A stretch of DNA of 64,000 nucleotides from Haliotis cracherodii (GCF_022045235.1 NW_027266277.1:434001-498000), one strand, 5' to 3'; positions 1 to 13,517 are shown, counted from the first letter of the stretch. Program-made: numbers and translations. The notes: a model not told the origin generated them from the sequence alone.

Positions 1-231
1 TCATTCATAACATGATTAAACACGTTTCTGAGTCAGAGTCATGTCTTTTGTTATGTTTGTGGTAACTTACACACATATCACCTAGTGATCCTTATCAAAT
101 TTTGAGTAGTATATTTACTTTGATTGAATTCAGGGTGAATCTGGAAATTGAACCCTCGTTTATTGGAATCTGACATGCATGGAGGGAAGTCTAGGTCTCT
201 GTACGCAACTCTGCACAGCGAATTGCGGCAT

Positions 232-1075
232 CCCCTCATCTGTCCCCCACCCCCTCATCTGTTCCGTCCCCCCTCATCTGTTCCGTCCCACCCCATCTGT
301 TCCGTCCCCCCTCATCTGTTCCATCCACCTCATCTGTTCCGTCCCACCTCATCTGTTCCGTTCCCCCTCATCTGTTCCGTCCCCCCTCATCTGTTCCATC
401 CACCTCATCTGTTTCGTCCCCCCTCATCTGTTCCGTCCCCCCTCATCTGTTCCGTCCCACCTCATCTGTTCCGTCCCCCTCTTCTGTTCCGTCCCCCCTC
501 TTCTGTTCCGTCCCCCCTCATCTGTTCCGTACCCCCTCATCTGTTCCATCCACCTCATCTGTTCCGTCCCACATCATCTGTTCCATCCACAACATCTGTT
601 CCGTCCCACCTCATCTGTTACACCCACCTCATCTGTTCCATCCACCTCATCTGTTCCGTCCCACCTCATCTGTTCCGTCCACCTCATCTGTTCCATCCCA
701 CCTCATCTGTTCCGTCCACCTCATCTGTTCCGTCCACCTCATCTGTTCCGTCCCCCCTCATCTGTTCCATCCACCACCTCATCTGTTCCATCCACCTCAT
801 CTGTTCCATCCACCACATCTGTTTCGTCCCACCTCATCTGTTCCGTTCCACCTCATCTGTTCCGTCCCACCTTATCTTTTCCGTCCCACCTCATGTGTTC
901 CGTCCCACCTCATCTGTTCCGTCCACCTCATTTGTTCCGTCCCACCTCATCTGTTCCGTCCACCTCATTTGTTCCGTCCCACCTTATCTTTTCCGTCCCA
1001 CCTCATCTGTTCCGTCTCCTCTCATCTGCCCCCAACCCCTCATCTGTTCTTTCCCCCCTTATCTGCCCCCTCATC
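232..1075. repeat. Minisatellite, 16-20 bp unit CCTCATCTGTTCCGTCCCA
   Basis: Direct tandem repetition. Confidence 0.95.
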
Positions 1076-1773
1076 AGTTCCAAACCGCACCCCCTACCCA
1101 CCCATTCCTCAACTATATTAATCTAATACCGATTGGCCCCGTTAAGGATTTACAGCGATCTTCTGACGCCAACTGGCTTCAAGTCATGAAATAATTACAT
1201 ACCACTCTCTTTCTGAATACTCTCTTCTGTCGGAAGTGGACTCCAGATCGAAAACACAGCCGGTGCTGTGTGCCCATGTGTTGAATCGAACCTTGGTTTT
1301 CGACAAATAGAAGCTTCAACTACTCACCACCCCCAACCCCCCAACAACAAACAAAAAAACAGTATTTGCAGTAGTATTTTAAGGATGCGTCCAGGCGTCA
1401 TGTGAAAATTAAAGATCGTCACAAATACAGTCAGTGATATAACATGACTGGCGGCGGGTTAAATCGCCTACCATATTGATCTCTCACATTTATTAATCTA
1501 TCAAACTTAAATAAAATGTATCATTAACTAAAACAATACCAGAGGATTTTAAGACATTTTAAATGCGAGTTCAATGTTAACGAGGAAGAATTAACTCACA
1601 TAGGCCACAAAGGACAGGGTAGATAAAATCAACAGTCGCATGCTTTGTCTCACTTCACACAATTACTAACGTCAGCTGGGGAGGTCAGCTGTTATCTTTA
1701 GTTCAGATAGTGCCTATTTTGACATTGCATTTGTAAGGTCATATGAACTCAGAATGTAGTTCAAATACTACGA

Positions 1774-2058
1774 GTGAGTGAGTGAGTGAGTTGGGTTTAA
1801 CGCCGCTTTTAACAGTAGTCCAGTTATATCAGGGCCTGTCAGCTTAATGTGGGAGGAAAGCCCGAAGTGATGCAGGTCTCAGATGTTTACCACTTCGGTG
1901 AAACCCAAGAGCACGGGTATGGTGCTGACAAACCTAGAAACATAATCAGGGCGAACCGGGATTCGAACCCACAATCATAGGTTTCTGGTGTGCCCAAGGG
2001 ACGCAACTCTGCATATCGAATTGCGGCGCCTTGGGCGAGTGGGCCACCCGTGCCCCCC
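1774..2058 (-). mobile_element. SINE family B (tRNA-derived, about 270 bp)
   Basis: A/B boxes separated by a long spacer, (ACTC)n tail, TSD AAATACTACGAG. Confidence 0.88.
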
Positions 2059-2244
2059 AAATACTACGAGAACATATTGTGTTTAAGAAGATAAAATAAG
2101 TTGTACCAGGATCACTTTGGGTACTGGGGGTTTATGCGTTTCGCGTTAGGTTTTATACCACGAGCCGGACATGTTTTAATGTGACATTGTTAAAGAATTA
2201 ACCCAATTTCAAAAATGATAGAAAACAGCTTTTCGATTGAGGTG

Positions 2245-2408
2245 AATGAGTGAGTATGGTTTTACGCCGCTTTTAACAATATTCCATCAATATCACGGCG
2301 GGGGACACCAGAAATGGGCTTCACACATTGTAGCCATGTCGGGAATCGAACCCGGGTATTCGGCGTGATGAGCGAACGCTTTAACAAAGGGGCTACCCGA
2401 CCGCCCCC
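2245..2408 (-). mobile_element. SINE family A
   Basis: Reverse-complement match to 7073-7237. Confidence 0.85.
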
Positions 2409-3394
2409 GATTGAGCTGAGGTGAACATGTACGATGCACATGACTTCCATTGACTCGGAATAAGCGTGCTGAATTTTGCTTTGATGCGGGGTATAAGCGA
2501 TTTATTCCGTCTCTCAGAAATCCACGTGCAGCCTGTAATGCTCATGGCGGGGTATAAAAGATTTATGCCCCCGCTGAGAAATTTATTCCCCTCCAAGACG
2601 TGTTACACAGTATTTTATCAAGATCACGTGGACCAGTCAGATCTCATCCTTCTGACATGGAGGTATGATAAAATTTGAATGACCCCGGTTTTTCACAAAA
2701 GCCTGGAAATGTTAAGATTACAGATTTGTACATGTGACAACAGAAATCCCTGTGAAAATCGTGCAAACATATATTCATGTGATATAGTAATAGGTACTGA
2801 AATGTCACAGACTTAATAAGTGTAAAATCCGAGGTCAAAATCCTAGAGTTGCTGACTTCCACTGCTTTGGAACAAATATGACTCCCCTTCCGATTTCGCT
2901 TCACATTTTTAGCATGCATTAATAATACACACAGGAGATATGGATTACCAACGGACTTCAAGTACCGGTGACAGAATACAAAGAAAACGGGTTATTCGTG
3001 GACTCGTGTATTCGAAGATCAGGAAATGAAAATTTAATGTAAAATATCAATAGATCTTCAAAACAGATACTGCCGGTTTACATATGAGCCCCACAAACAA
3101 TTTCTCGTCTCGGAGGACACCGATTTCACGTAAAATGATCTTTTCGTCAAGGGCTATTTACGAAGTGCCGGGTGTTGAAACTTGATACAACACTCTTGTT
3201 ATTCACAAAACCGGTCGATAGTGTGTCTGTGGTGTCTACCCGGTAGAGGCAGGAGGTGTTGCCTATACCAACTGCTGATGCGCAACACCGCCGGTGGTGA
3301 CAGCATCACGTCTTGCGAGTTTGAGTATTTCGTCGGGATAATGGAATGGAAGTGTGAATCTGGGCCCGTCTCGATGTGCAAGCGTAGCTATTCG

Positions 3395-4480
3395 ACTATT
3401 GTAATTCCAATACTTTAGCACAGACTTACGAAAGAGGTTATGCTACAGCTATCGTAATTCCAATACTTCAACAAAGACTTACGACAGACGTAACGCTACA
3501 ACTATCGTTATTCAAATTCTTCAAAACAGACTTACGACAGGCGTAACGCTACAACTATCGTTATTCCAATACTTCAACACAGACTTACGACAGACGTAAC
3601 GCTACAACTATTGTAATTCCAATACTTCAACAAAGACTTACGGCAGACGTAACGCAACAACTATTCATTTGTAATTCCAATACTTCAATACAGACTTACG
3701 ACAGACGTTATGCTACAGCTATCGTAATTCCAATACTTCAACACTGACTTACGATAGACGTAACGCTACAACTATCGTTATTCCAATACTTCAACACTGA
3801 CTCACGACAGACGTAACGCGACAACTATTGTAATTCCAATACTTCAAAACAGACTTACGACAGACGTAACGCTACAACTATCGTTATTCCAATCCTTCAA
3901 CACTGACTTACGATAGACGTAACGCTACAACTATCGTTATACCAATACTTCAACACTGACTCACGACAGACGTAACGCGACAACTATTGTAATTCCAATA
4001 CTTCAAAACAGATTTACGACAGACGTGACGCTACAACTATTGTAATTCCAATACTTCAAAACAGACTTACGACAGACGTAACGCTACAGCTATTGTAATT
4101 CCAAAGCTTCAACACTGACTTACGACAGACGTAACGCGACAGCTATCGTAACTCCTATGGGGGCACGGGTGGCCCAGTCGTCTAAGGCGCCGCGATTCGC
4201 TGTGCAGGGTTGCGTCCCTTGCGCATGTCAGAAACCTATGATTGTGGGTTCGAATCCCAGTTCGCCCCGATTATGTTTCTAGGTTAGTCAACACCATACC
4301 CGTGCTCGTGGGTTTCACCGAAGTGGTAAACGTCTGAGACCTGCATCACTTCGGGCTTTCCTCCCACATGAAGCTGACACGCCGTGATATAGCTGGAATA
4401 CTGTAAAAAGCGGCGTTAAACTCAACTCACTCAATCACTCACTCGTAACTCCTATTCTTCAACACAGACTTACGACAGTT
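3395..4480. repeat. 53-bp minisatellite (about 15 units) inside a Harbinger-like MITE
   Basis: Unit ACTATCGTTATTCCAATACTTCAACACAGACTTACGACAGACGTAACGCTACA. Confidence 0.92.
4159..4443 (+). mobile_element. SINE family B inserted in the 53-bp satellite
   Basis: TSD TCGTAACTCCTAT. Confidence 0.9.
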
Positions 4481-4999
4481 GCAGCTTGACAATCGCTTTT
4501 TGAAAAGGAGACCTGGCGGTGATTTGTTTTGAAGTTACTGAACACCAGAGATGACCAGGCTCACCGACTTGGTTGATGCATGTCATCGTATCCCAATTGC
4601 GAAGATCGATGATCATGATGTCAATAGAGGTTATCACGCGAGTGTGTTTGGGGATGGTAAATATCCTGCAGTAGGAATAAACATTGTATTTAGCAGAATG
4701 ACGAGGGTGACCCCATGTTTGTTTATAAACAGTGAAAGTAGTCCTACTTGACCTTTGATATTTGCATCTCTATCCGCATATGACCCCAACGGATATCGTT
4801 TTTATCCGTTGGCCTTATCCTGTCGAGAAACCTACCCATTATATGATAAATCACTGTATTATTAACAAACAGCCGTCATATAGCTGGAATAGTGCTGATT
4901 GAACATCTTCGTGATCATTCATGTCACCAAATTGGACGATGTCACGAGAAACACCAAGTGCAGGTCTATCACGTGCTCTCGAGCAGTCCAATTTGCAGT

Positions 5000-5400
5000 A
5001 GGGGTGTTGGGTGAGCGGTAGGTGACACAAAGCAGAAAACATTTCTGCGGTGAATTAACTTGAAACCACAATGATTCAGAATTATTATACTTCCAGATTT
5101 GTTCTATGCTTGACCTAAGTGAATAAGAAAAATATACATTTATGCCACCCCAAAAGAATTTCTGTCCCCCCTGTGCGGGTCATGGAAGAGCTCAAGGAGA
5201 AGGTCGGCTGACTGAACACCGGCGTGGTGTGAGTGGGCGAAGCAACACAGGTCGTAGATTTGAGTCAATTTGTGTCGGATACTTCTGATATTCAAGAGGA
5301 ATATCCTTACATCGTTACTTGTGTTTGATTCTTTTGGACCGGGATTTGGATGTATATCACCAGCAATGAGCAACAGAAGGAGAGATTCATTTCAAGTTTA
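5000..5400 (-). mobile_element. Non-LTR retrotransposon (CR1/L2-like) ORF2 N-terminal fragment with 2A-like motif
   Basis: LLIAGDIHPNPGP followed by an APE-start-like IFLLNIRSIRHK; decayed. Confidence 0.7.
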
Positions 5401-6097
5401 CACACAAACCAACCAAATATCATGACAAATGTGGAATAGGTACACAGTGAAGTGTTTTTTTTTGCAAAGGATGCTGACTTGACTGATGAACGCTTCATGC
5501 CTAAGGTGAGTTGGCTCTCATCTTTTTATGAAATAACCCAATCGTTGCCCTGCACGTTGTCATTATGCTCTGCGATGATTACAAAAGGACAACATGTATC
5601 AACGCCAAAGGTTTCCAAGTTAAAACATGTCAGTTCAAATAAGTACATTTCTACAATCCCTGCTTGACTCTAACATGCTGCTGTATTTATCAACCCAAAA
5701 TGATGCAATATTCAGATAATCAAGTATTCTTCCCTGAATTTGGGAAATACTCGATTTTTATTGGTAAATTCTTTTACAGTCATTTTCGGTAGGCATATTT
5801 AAATGATATGTGGAATTAAAGGCTACAAACTGTTTATGTAGAAGCATGGTCTTAAAACACAAAGAGTACTGACATAGGGAACACCCCGCATATTGTCAAC
5901 CCAACATAAACATACTTCGCAGTTGTAAATATGTTTCAGAAACTGAGCCTAACTGCGCCAATGTTGACCCAATGTTGACCCGATGTTGACCCTATGTGAA
6001 GTAGTATGATTTAAGGTAAGTGATCCCCCAACAGCGGCAATAAGGACTCGACTTAATGTCACATGTATTGCCAACAACTGACCAGTGAGTCGGTGGA

Positions 6098-6358
6098 ACC
6101 GTGAAGATTCCCGGGTAGAATAGGTCTTCAGCAACCCATGCTTGCCGTAAAAGGCGACTATGCTTGTCGTAAAAGGCGAAAACGAGATCGGGTGGTCAGG
6201 CTCGCTGACTTGGTTAAAGCATGTCATCGATCTCAATTGCGTAGATGGATGCTCATGATATCAATCACTGGATTGTCTGGTCCAGACTCGATTATTGACA
6301 GACCGCCGTCTTATAGCTTAAATATTGCTGAGTGCGGCGTTAAACAACAAACAAACAA
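6098..6358 (+). mobile_element. SINE-like family C (about 280 bp, (AAAC)n/(AACC)n tail)
   Basis: CCGTGAAGAT...GTCGTAAAAGGCGA...GCTGAGTGCGGCGTTAAAC; roughly twenty full or partial copies in the window. Confidence 0.85.
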
Positions 6359-7072
6359 AGTGAGTTGGGTTTAAGGCCACTTTTGACAGTATCCAAAGCA
6401 CTGACCTCTCCCGCCTTTTGTCTTGATTACTGTATATAATTGGGGGCGGAGTGGGAAAGTGGTCAAAAGCGCCAGGCCACCCGGCCTGTTATTCAGCCTG
6501 TTAACAATGTTAACAGGTCTTAAAAGTGTCGTATCCACACCCTGGGTACAGTATGTTCATATACCGAAACACAAGCGTCAAAGCATGTGGTGTCATCCTG
6601 GATAAGTGACTTTGTTCAAATGTGCCTCTGTTCACCCAGGAGGGTGGATGAAAATAAACCCCAAGCACCCTTACGCAGCTTGGTTTGTATACTCCCCATG
6701 GAGTTGAGAATGATTACTGAAATGCGCGCGGATCAACGCTCGAGGAACAAATAAACCGCATTTGAGCAGATTCCAGTACCCGCATATGTTCGGTATATAA
6801 ATTTATGATATATTAAAACTGTGACGTCATGAAATTGTTTGAATGCTAATTATTTTTCAGGAATGGAGAATTGTTTGTTAACTATACATTATCTTGAACC
6901 AGCATTTGAATTCATTTCCACTTGGAATAGACGGAACTATTTTTTATATTTATTGACAAGTGAATAATTTCATTTTTTCTCGAAAACGTGTCGCCAGAGG
7001 GGTTCGAACCCGCATCGTTTGATTTGAAAAGGTGTAATTGTCAACCACAGATACTGCGGCACATAAATGTTT

Positions 7073-7237
7073 GGGGCGGTCGGGTAGCCTAGTGGTTAGA
7101 ACGTTCGATCGTCACACCGAAGATCCGGGTTCGATTCCCGACATGGGTACAATGTGTGAAGCCCATTTCTGGTGTCCCCCGCCGTGATATTGCTGGAATA
7201 TTGCTAAAAGCGGCGTTAAACCATACTCACTCACTCA
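7073..7237 (+). mobile_element. SINE family A (tRNA-derived, about 150 bp, (ACTC)n tail)
   Basis: A box TAGCCTAGTGG, B box GGTTCGATTCC, GTC anticodon-like loop. TSD ACATAAATGTTTGG on both sides. Confidence 0.9.
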
Positions 7238-7366
7238 CATAAATGTTTGGCGTGATATTAACTATAAAATAATTTCATACTGTTGCATAATGCTTAAAAG
7301 ATCAAAATAATATGAATATTATTTGTGTTAAAAAAGGTTACCTTCCACGATGTTCATATTTATAGG

Positions 7367-7645
7367 TGGGGCACGGATGGCCCAGTCGTCTAAGGCGCCG
7401 CGATTCGCTGTGCAGAGTTGCGTCCCTTGGGCACGCCAGAAACCTATGATTATGGGTTCGAATCCCGGTTCGCCCTGATTATGTTTCTAGGTTTGTCAGC
7501 ACCATACCCGTGTTCGTGGGTTTCACCGAAGTGGTAAACGTCTGAGACCTGCATCACTTCGGGCTTTCCTCCCACATTAATCTGACACGCTTTGATGTAA
7601 CTGGAATACTGTTAAAAGCGGCGTTAAACCCAGCTCACTCACTCA
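7367..7645 (+). mobile_element. SINE family B
   Basis: Full copy, TSD TCATATTTAT. Confidence 0.9.
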
Positions 7646-8627
7646 TATTTATTGCATTAAGATAAACCTTTGATGAGAAAAAAACAAGTGCAAATGCATG
7701 TCCGTATGTGCATATAATGACCTATGTTTACTAGATATTATTTGAGTCGGTGTTTAATGACATATCTTACTCATATGTGTTTTTGTTTACTTTTATACGT
7801 AGATGAACATGTTGTGTCACCCGTGAAGATCCGGGAGATGAATTGGTCTTCAGCAACCCATGCTTGCCGTAAGAGGCGACTAACGGGATTGGGTGGTCAG
7901 ACTCGTTGACGCATGTCATCGTACCCCAGTTACGTGGATCTATGCTCATGATGTCAATCACTGGATTGTGTGGTCCAGACCGCCGTCATACAGCTGGAAT
8001 ATTGCTGAGTGCGGCGTTAAACTAACAAAAACGTGTAATGTCCAAAACAACCTCAGCACTACGACTGTTAAGGTATGGGAGTTACTGTCACCTTAGCGCT
8101 AAGATCGCTTTGTACAACGGAACCCTGATCCCCAACTGCACGAGTGACTGCATGATTGTATAACCCAGGTCCAGACAGGTGTTTCAACAATAATGTCCTA
8201 TTGCGATTATTATTACTGTAAATACATTTAGACCCGGGGTAGAATAGGTCTTCAGCAATCCATGCTTGTCGTAAGAGGCGACTAACGGGATCGGGTGGTC
8301 AGGCTCGCTGACTTGGTTGACACATGTCATCGTACCCCAATTGCGTGGATCGATGCTCATGATATATAGCTGGATTACATAACAAAACCAAAATTATGTC
8401 ATCAGTTCATAAATCGAAGACAAAGCAAACGCAGTACAAAAATAGCTGTAATCCACGGAATTGACATGCATCAACCAAGCCAGCGGGTTGCTGAAGACCT
8501 ATTCTTCTCCGGATCTTCACGGGTCTCATTTATATGTAACAGGGATTGTTTACAAACTTGCAAATCGTATCGCATTGATCATTTCATATAATGAGCCAAT
8601 TTCGGACATCTGTTCGAAAGACACTGA

Positions 8628-8816
8628 AAGACCGCAAAAGCAATTTCAAGCTAGCAATCACCAGTGGTCAACTTCAGGAACAAACCAGTGCTCTTCACAT
8701 GGTCTGCAGTTAATGGCTCTTCTGCAGTTCTAGGTTCATAACGTGGATGCTATGTCTTTGAGCGACACTGGTTGTCCAATGATGATTGCTAGCTTGAAAT
8801 TGCTTTTGCGGTTTTT
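8628..8816. repeat. Inverted repeat / small MITE
   Basis: ACCGCAAAAGCAATTTCAAGCTAGCAATCA and its exact reverse complement about 130 nt apart. Confidence 0.7.
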
Positions 8817-8989
8817 CACTACCACGTCTGACTCGGCAATATTTCAGCTATGACACCAGTGATACACACCCTTTAGTCACCTCATATGACAAACATGGGC
8901 GGCTGAAGACCACTTCTCACCCGAGTCCCAGAGGTGTGTAGTGTAATGGATAACAAAGAAGACTGGTGGCTGGCACACATTTATTCGGC

Positions 8990-9375
8990 TCAACTACAAA
9001 TTTTAAATTCATCAAATAGCTGGTTCCAGCTTTCTCCATAGTTCTGTGCCTTATCCTCCCGAGTCGCTTGAGTAATGATCCCTGAAAGTATAATTAATAT
9101 TACACATCAAACTGATGATATGAAAGCTCTAAATATGTTGCGCAGTTGCCTATGGTCTGTTTTGATAATAAACGTCGCAGCACAAATTTCCGTTCTGCGC
9201 CAAAGTGGAACAATTTGGTTCAATTGTGTTGAGGCAGAAACAGGATGATCATTCCGCAAATATACTCACTAAACCCGTTTAACTGGCCTAAAACTCGGCC
9301 CTTGGCGAGAATAGAAATCATGGCAACAATACGTAGGACGAAGTGGCAAAACCAGAAGGCTTCTTCGCGCATCAT
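8990..9375 (-). CDS. Candidate 2-exon small ORF, 65 aa (exons 9375-9270, 9081-8990)
   Basis: MMREEAFWFCHFVLRIVAMISILAKGRVLGQLNGF-R-IITQATREDKAQNYGESWNQLFDEFKICS*. GTGAGT donor, TTTCAG acceptor, compatible phase, AATAAA immediately after the stop. No recognisable homology. Confidence 0.3.
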
Positions 9376-10079
9376 GGAATTTGCTCACGTGAGGCATTGT
9401 CTTCATCAGCTGACGAACGTCAACAAATTCAATCCTTAAGTGTATGTTTGTGATTTTATGCCGCATTCAGCAATATTCCAGCTATATGATGGCGGTCGGT
9501 AAATAATCAAGTCTGGACCAGACAATCCAGTGATTGATATGAGCATCGATCCCTTAAATGTATGACCATGCTTTTTGACTGAACCTGTATACAGTATAAC
9601 AAAAGTGGTTGAATGGAATCGCAAACGCAGGTTGAACTTCTTAAGATGATAGTTTCATCATAGCAGATGACGTCAGCTCGGAAGGCCCTGTGGAAATAGA
9701 TACAGCGTTATGCAACATACAACATTACGGTTAGAACTTATGAACATATCACAATCTTATAGGATCCACGCAGTTGGGACACACGACACAATGAACAATA
9801 TCACAGTGGATTGCCACGAAAATATATGATAGATGACTCAGGGTATGCTTGTGTCACGGTCACTCATCATGTGCGGAATTCTAGTCCACTAGAGGTGAAG
9901 GAATCTCATTTCTTTGTCGGCGTCAGGGGAGGATTTCAGGGGTGAAGGGGGAGATTTTGTTTTAGAGGCCAAAAACAGACGGATACAGATGTGGATGCCG
10001 CCGGGACTTCCTACAGAACAGCACTGGCAGAGAATATGCCGCAACATAGACACTTTAGACCAGGTAATAACTAAACACT

Positions 10080-10460
10080 AAATTGATAATATGCAACTTT
10101 TTAAAAAACTATATTCATACTGTCAAAACAGTAAAACGCACTGGTTTAAACCAAGAGAGTGGAAAATGATGCCAAACAATGGTTGTATTGAGGACGAAGT
10201 CCATTTTGTGTTTGTCTGCCCGTTTTACGCAACATTAAGACAAAAGTATATTCCTGTAAGATTCTATAACAATCCATGTATTAAGACTTTTAGTAATCTC
10301 TTAAATAGCAAAAATGACTGTATACTCAGAAATGTAGCTAAGTATGTGAAGGAAGCCCTATTATTACGTACCAATCTCTAATATTATACCCTTAAGATTG
10401 TATATTACTATATATAACTGAAATGTACATGGGCCTATGGCCTCCCATACATGAATGAAC
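10080..10460 (+). mobile_element. LINE ORF2 3' end fragment
   Basis: CIEDEVHFVFVCPFYATLRQKYIP is the C-terminal Cys/His motif typical of CR1/L2-like ORF2. Confidence 0.7.
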
Positions 10461-10699
10461 ACACGTATAACATGCCAAACTTTGCACACCTTTCATTTGT
10501 GTTCATTAAGTTGGTACACACGTGCACACTGCAATATGTGTTTTTAAAGTTTGTCTGAATATGTAAATTCTGTCCTGAAAACAGTAGAAATACATTTCTA
10601 CAGGCACAGTAGAAATGTTTATATACTTGCCTCTTTAAGATAACGTAAGGGGGAATAACTGGTGTTTAAGGATCAATACATATACAGCTGCGTGGTGTT

Positions 10700-13070
10700 G
10701 TGGTGGTTCACCTTTCCCCATGTAAGGGGAGTTTACTGCTGTTCAACTGGCATTTAATAATGACCTCCGTGTTTCCCGACCCTCGGTTTTCAGTTTGTGA
10801 CCACATTGTAATGGATTTTCAAGAGTTGTATTCACGTCTGAATAATGGCCCTTCTTGAGTAAACCATACTGCTATGCAAATGCATTACAATAATGTTAAC
10901 AATAAGAACAGTTTGATAGGAATTTTATTACATTGTTGTATGTCTGCGCTTCCGTGATCAATTTCTCGTTTCCTCTTCTCATGCCACACCGGCATAGAAA
11001 CAGAGCCATATGATACAGATAAAGGTAACATCGGACTTTTTTTGTAGTTCCTGTTCTTTGCACATGATAACCATGAATGTAAAAGAGCCACACTTGCCTG
11101 CCTGCCATGTTGCTTACAGTCTCTGATGAAAGAAACGAGAAGTTCAGCTCCTGTCCCCCACAGACACATCTCCAGCATCTGCCAAGCCCTATGATGGTCC
11201 GTGGCATGTCGGCACGAGTCTTGGGCTCGAATTGTCCTGAAACCCAGCGTGATGGCAAAATATTTAAGGATTGCATCCCACAATAATTTAAAACTTGCCT
11301 TTGCCATGTTGATTTCCATGTGTCCGGGTCCTGGGAGCAATTAGATGTTTCCGAATGTCCGGTGTTCCTGTGGATTGTGACATGGTAGGTTATGGTCATC
11401 ATCCAGATGCTTCTGTAATTTAGGCACGCCATGAATATCGGTGGCACTGCAGATGGAACATGAGTAATGATTGTCTATCACACGCGAAGCAAGGTTATAT
11501 GGTAGGCCATCACATCCACTCACACACCGTGATCTAAATAATCCCACACCAACATCTTCCAAAATTCTGCGTACCATAACCTCCATTGACATATGAACAT
11601 GGATTTATAATAACGGGTTCACCTACAACAAGATCTAGGTGGAACAGTTCACCAGCCTCAACAATGTCATACTTGTTTGGTGTCCTATGTGATCTCACGA
11701 TTCTGATCTTTGATGTATCGTCATCCCGACTCACCGTGTAGTTGGTGTCATCCATAGCTGTGGGTGGATCAGGCAGCACGGCACAGTCAAAAGTGTCACT
11801 CACGCACCTGTACCTTGTTCTGCAAGGACTGTCCAACATTACAGTTAGTGCTTTTGTACGTTGATGACGAAAGACATCCATAGATGAAGATATAAAAGAG
11901 TGCATTCTGCAGAGATATGACGTCATACGTCAACCAGTTGCATGGACTGAGATGGGGTGTTGTCTGCAACGTAGTGTCTGGTGGGAAAATGTGGAACAAT
12001 GTCGTTACAACACTCACCATGGCTTAAGAGTCGTATTTCACTCGCCAATTCCTCGCCAGCACCTGATTGTTGTCAAAACATGTTATAATATCTCCTGCTG
12101 TTGGACACTTTGCAGGCATGGTAGCTTGTTCACTGATCCACTTGAGTATGCTTTGGTAAGAGCCAGATGGATTCGTCTTGGACGACAGATTGCAAGCCAC
12201 TTTACTGCCTGTAACATAATATAGTAACAGGTTCATGGCAAACGATAACGGGCAAATGACATTACTATTCCTTGCACCATATAAGTGTTCATAGGCACGT
12301 GCCAAATATGCATGTTTTGTTGCAGAACTATCACTACTAACATTCGTCAGTGATTGTAACAGGGCGACAACAATAGGGTTCTGATGTGTCAACCATTCCT
12401 TGGCATCATACATGCTGAGGTTATCTGGTTCCCTGTACTGGGATGACACAATATGGCTGTCATGGTACAATTGTTGCGGTTGAGCGTTACCAAGTGCGAC
12501 AGCAATTAATCGCAAATCCTCATGGTGTAGACACCGGATTCAATATAACGTGGACATCGACAGCTGTGGGAAAGGTGTTATCGGATGGTTGGTTGGTTGG
12601 TTGGTTGGTTTGTTGTTTAACGCCTCACTCAGCAATATTCCAGCTTTGTGACGGCGGTCTGTAAATAATCGAGTCTGGACCAGACAATCCAGTGATTTAT
12701 ATCATGAGCATCGATCCACGCAATTGGGATCGATGACATGCATCAACCAAGTCAGCGAGTCTGACCACCCGATCCCGTAAGTCGCCTTTTACGACAAGCA
12801 TAATCGCCTTTTGCGGAATGCATGGGTTGCTGAAGACCTATTCTACCCCGGAATCTTCACGGGTGTGTTATCGGATGGATTTGGCAGATGGTTAACTTCA
12901 ACATAGTTTGCACATTCAGTGCACAAATGATTGTTTGTGGTTGACAGCCACCCATTTTTTCTCAAGAAAGTTTTCACAGGTTGCCTGATTTTGCGCCATT
13001 TCAGTTTGTAAACTTTAAAGGTTTTTTCTCCGACAAAATTGTCATGTTGTGTACAACCACATTCCATTCT
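10700..13070 (-). pseudogene. Frameshifted transposase-like coding region (large DNA transposon relic)
   Basis: Consecutive overlapping minus-strand ORFs with motifs FDNNQ, CDGLPY, CSIC..H..H and PGPGHMEINM, broken by frameshifts and a SINE with a target-site duplication. Confidence 0.55.
12590..12864 (-). mobile_element. SINE-like family C inserted in the transposase-like relic
   Basis: TSD GTGTTATCGGATGG. Confidence 0.88.
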
Positions 13071-13243
13071 ACCTTCAATTATCTATATATATCTACTGGA
13101 GATAACAAATGTTAGATCACAATGTAAATGTCTTTACATACGTCGATCGGCGTATGTTATATACGCCAATTGACGTATAATGCGTCGATTGACTTATTAT
13201 ACGCCGATTGGTGGTTATTCCCGACCTGCTGGTACCACTGGAA

Positions 13244-13517
13244 CGAGTGAGTGAGTTGGGTTTAACGCCGCTTTCAGCAGTATTCCAGTTATATCACGGC
13301 GTGCCAGCTTAATGTTGGAGGAAAGCCCTAAGTGATGCAGGTCTCCGACGTTACCACTTTGGTGAAACCCAAGAGCACGGGTATGTTGCTGAAACCTAGA
13401 AAATTAATCGGGGCGAACCGGGATTCGAACCCACAATCATAGGTTCTGGCGTGCCCAGGGGACGAAACTCTGCACAGCGAATCGCGGCGCCTTAGACGAC
13501 TGGGCCACCCGACCCCA
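13244..13517 (-). mobile_element. SINE family B
   Basis: Full copy. Confidence 0.85.

Noticed and set aside
148-1194. Pro/His/Ser-rich ORFs of 315-348 aa
   Set aside because: Translation of a pyrimidine-rich minisatellite.
3395-4158. CRISPR-like regular repeats (also 27550-29435 and 59765-61290)
   Set aside because: Head-to-tail units with no unique spacers, no cas genes, and a eukaryotic intron-exon context.
7073-7150. tRNA-Asp-like sequence (and other tRNA-like heads, e.g. 16960-17045, 63688-63760)
   Set aside because: These are heads of SINEs, continuing into a shared body and tail with TSDs; not free-standing tRNA genes.
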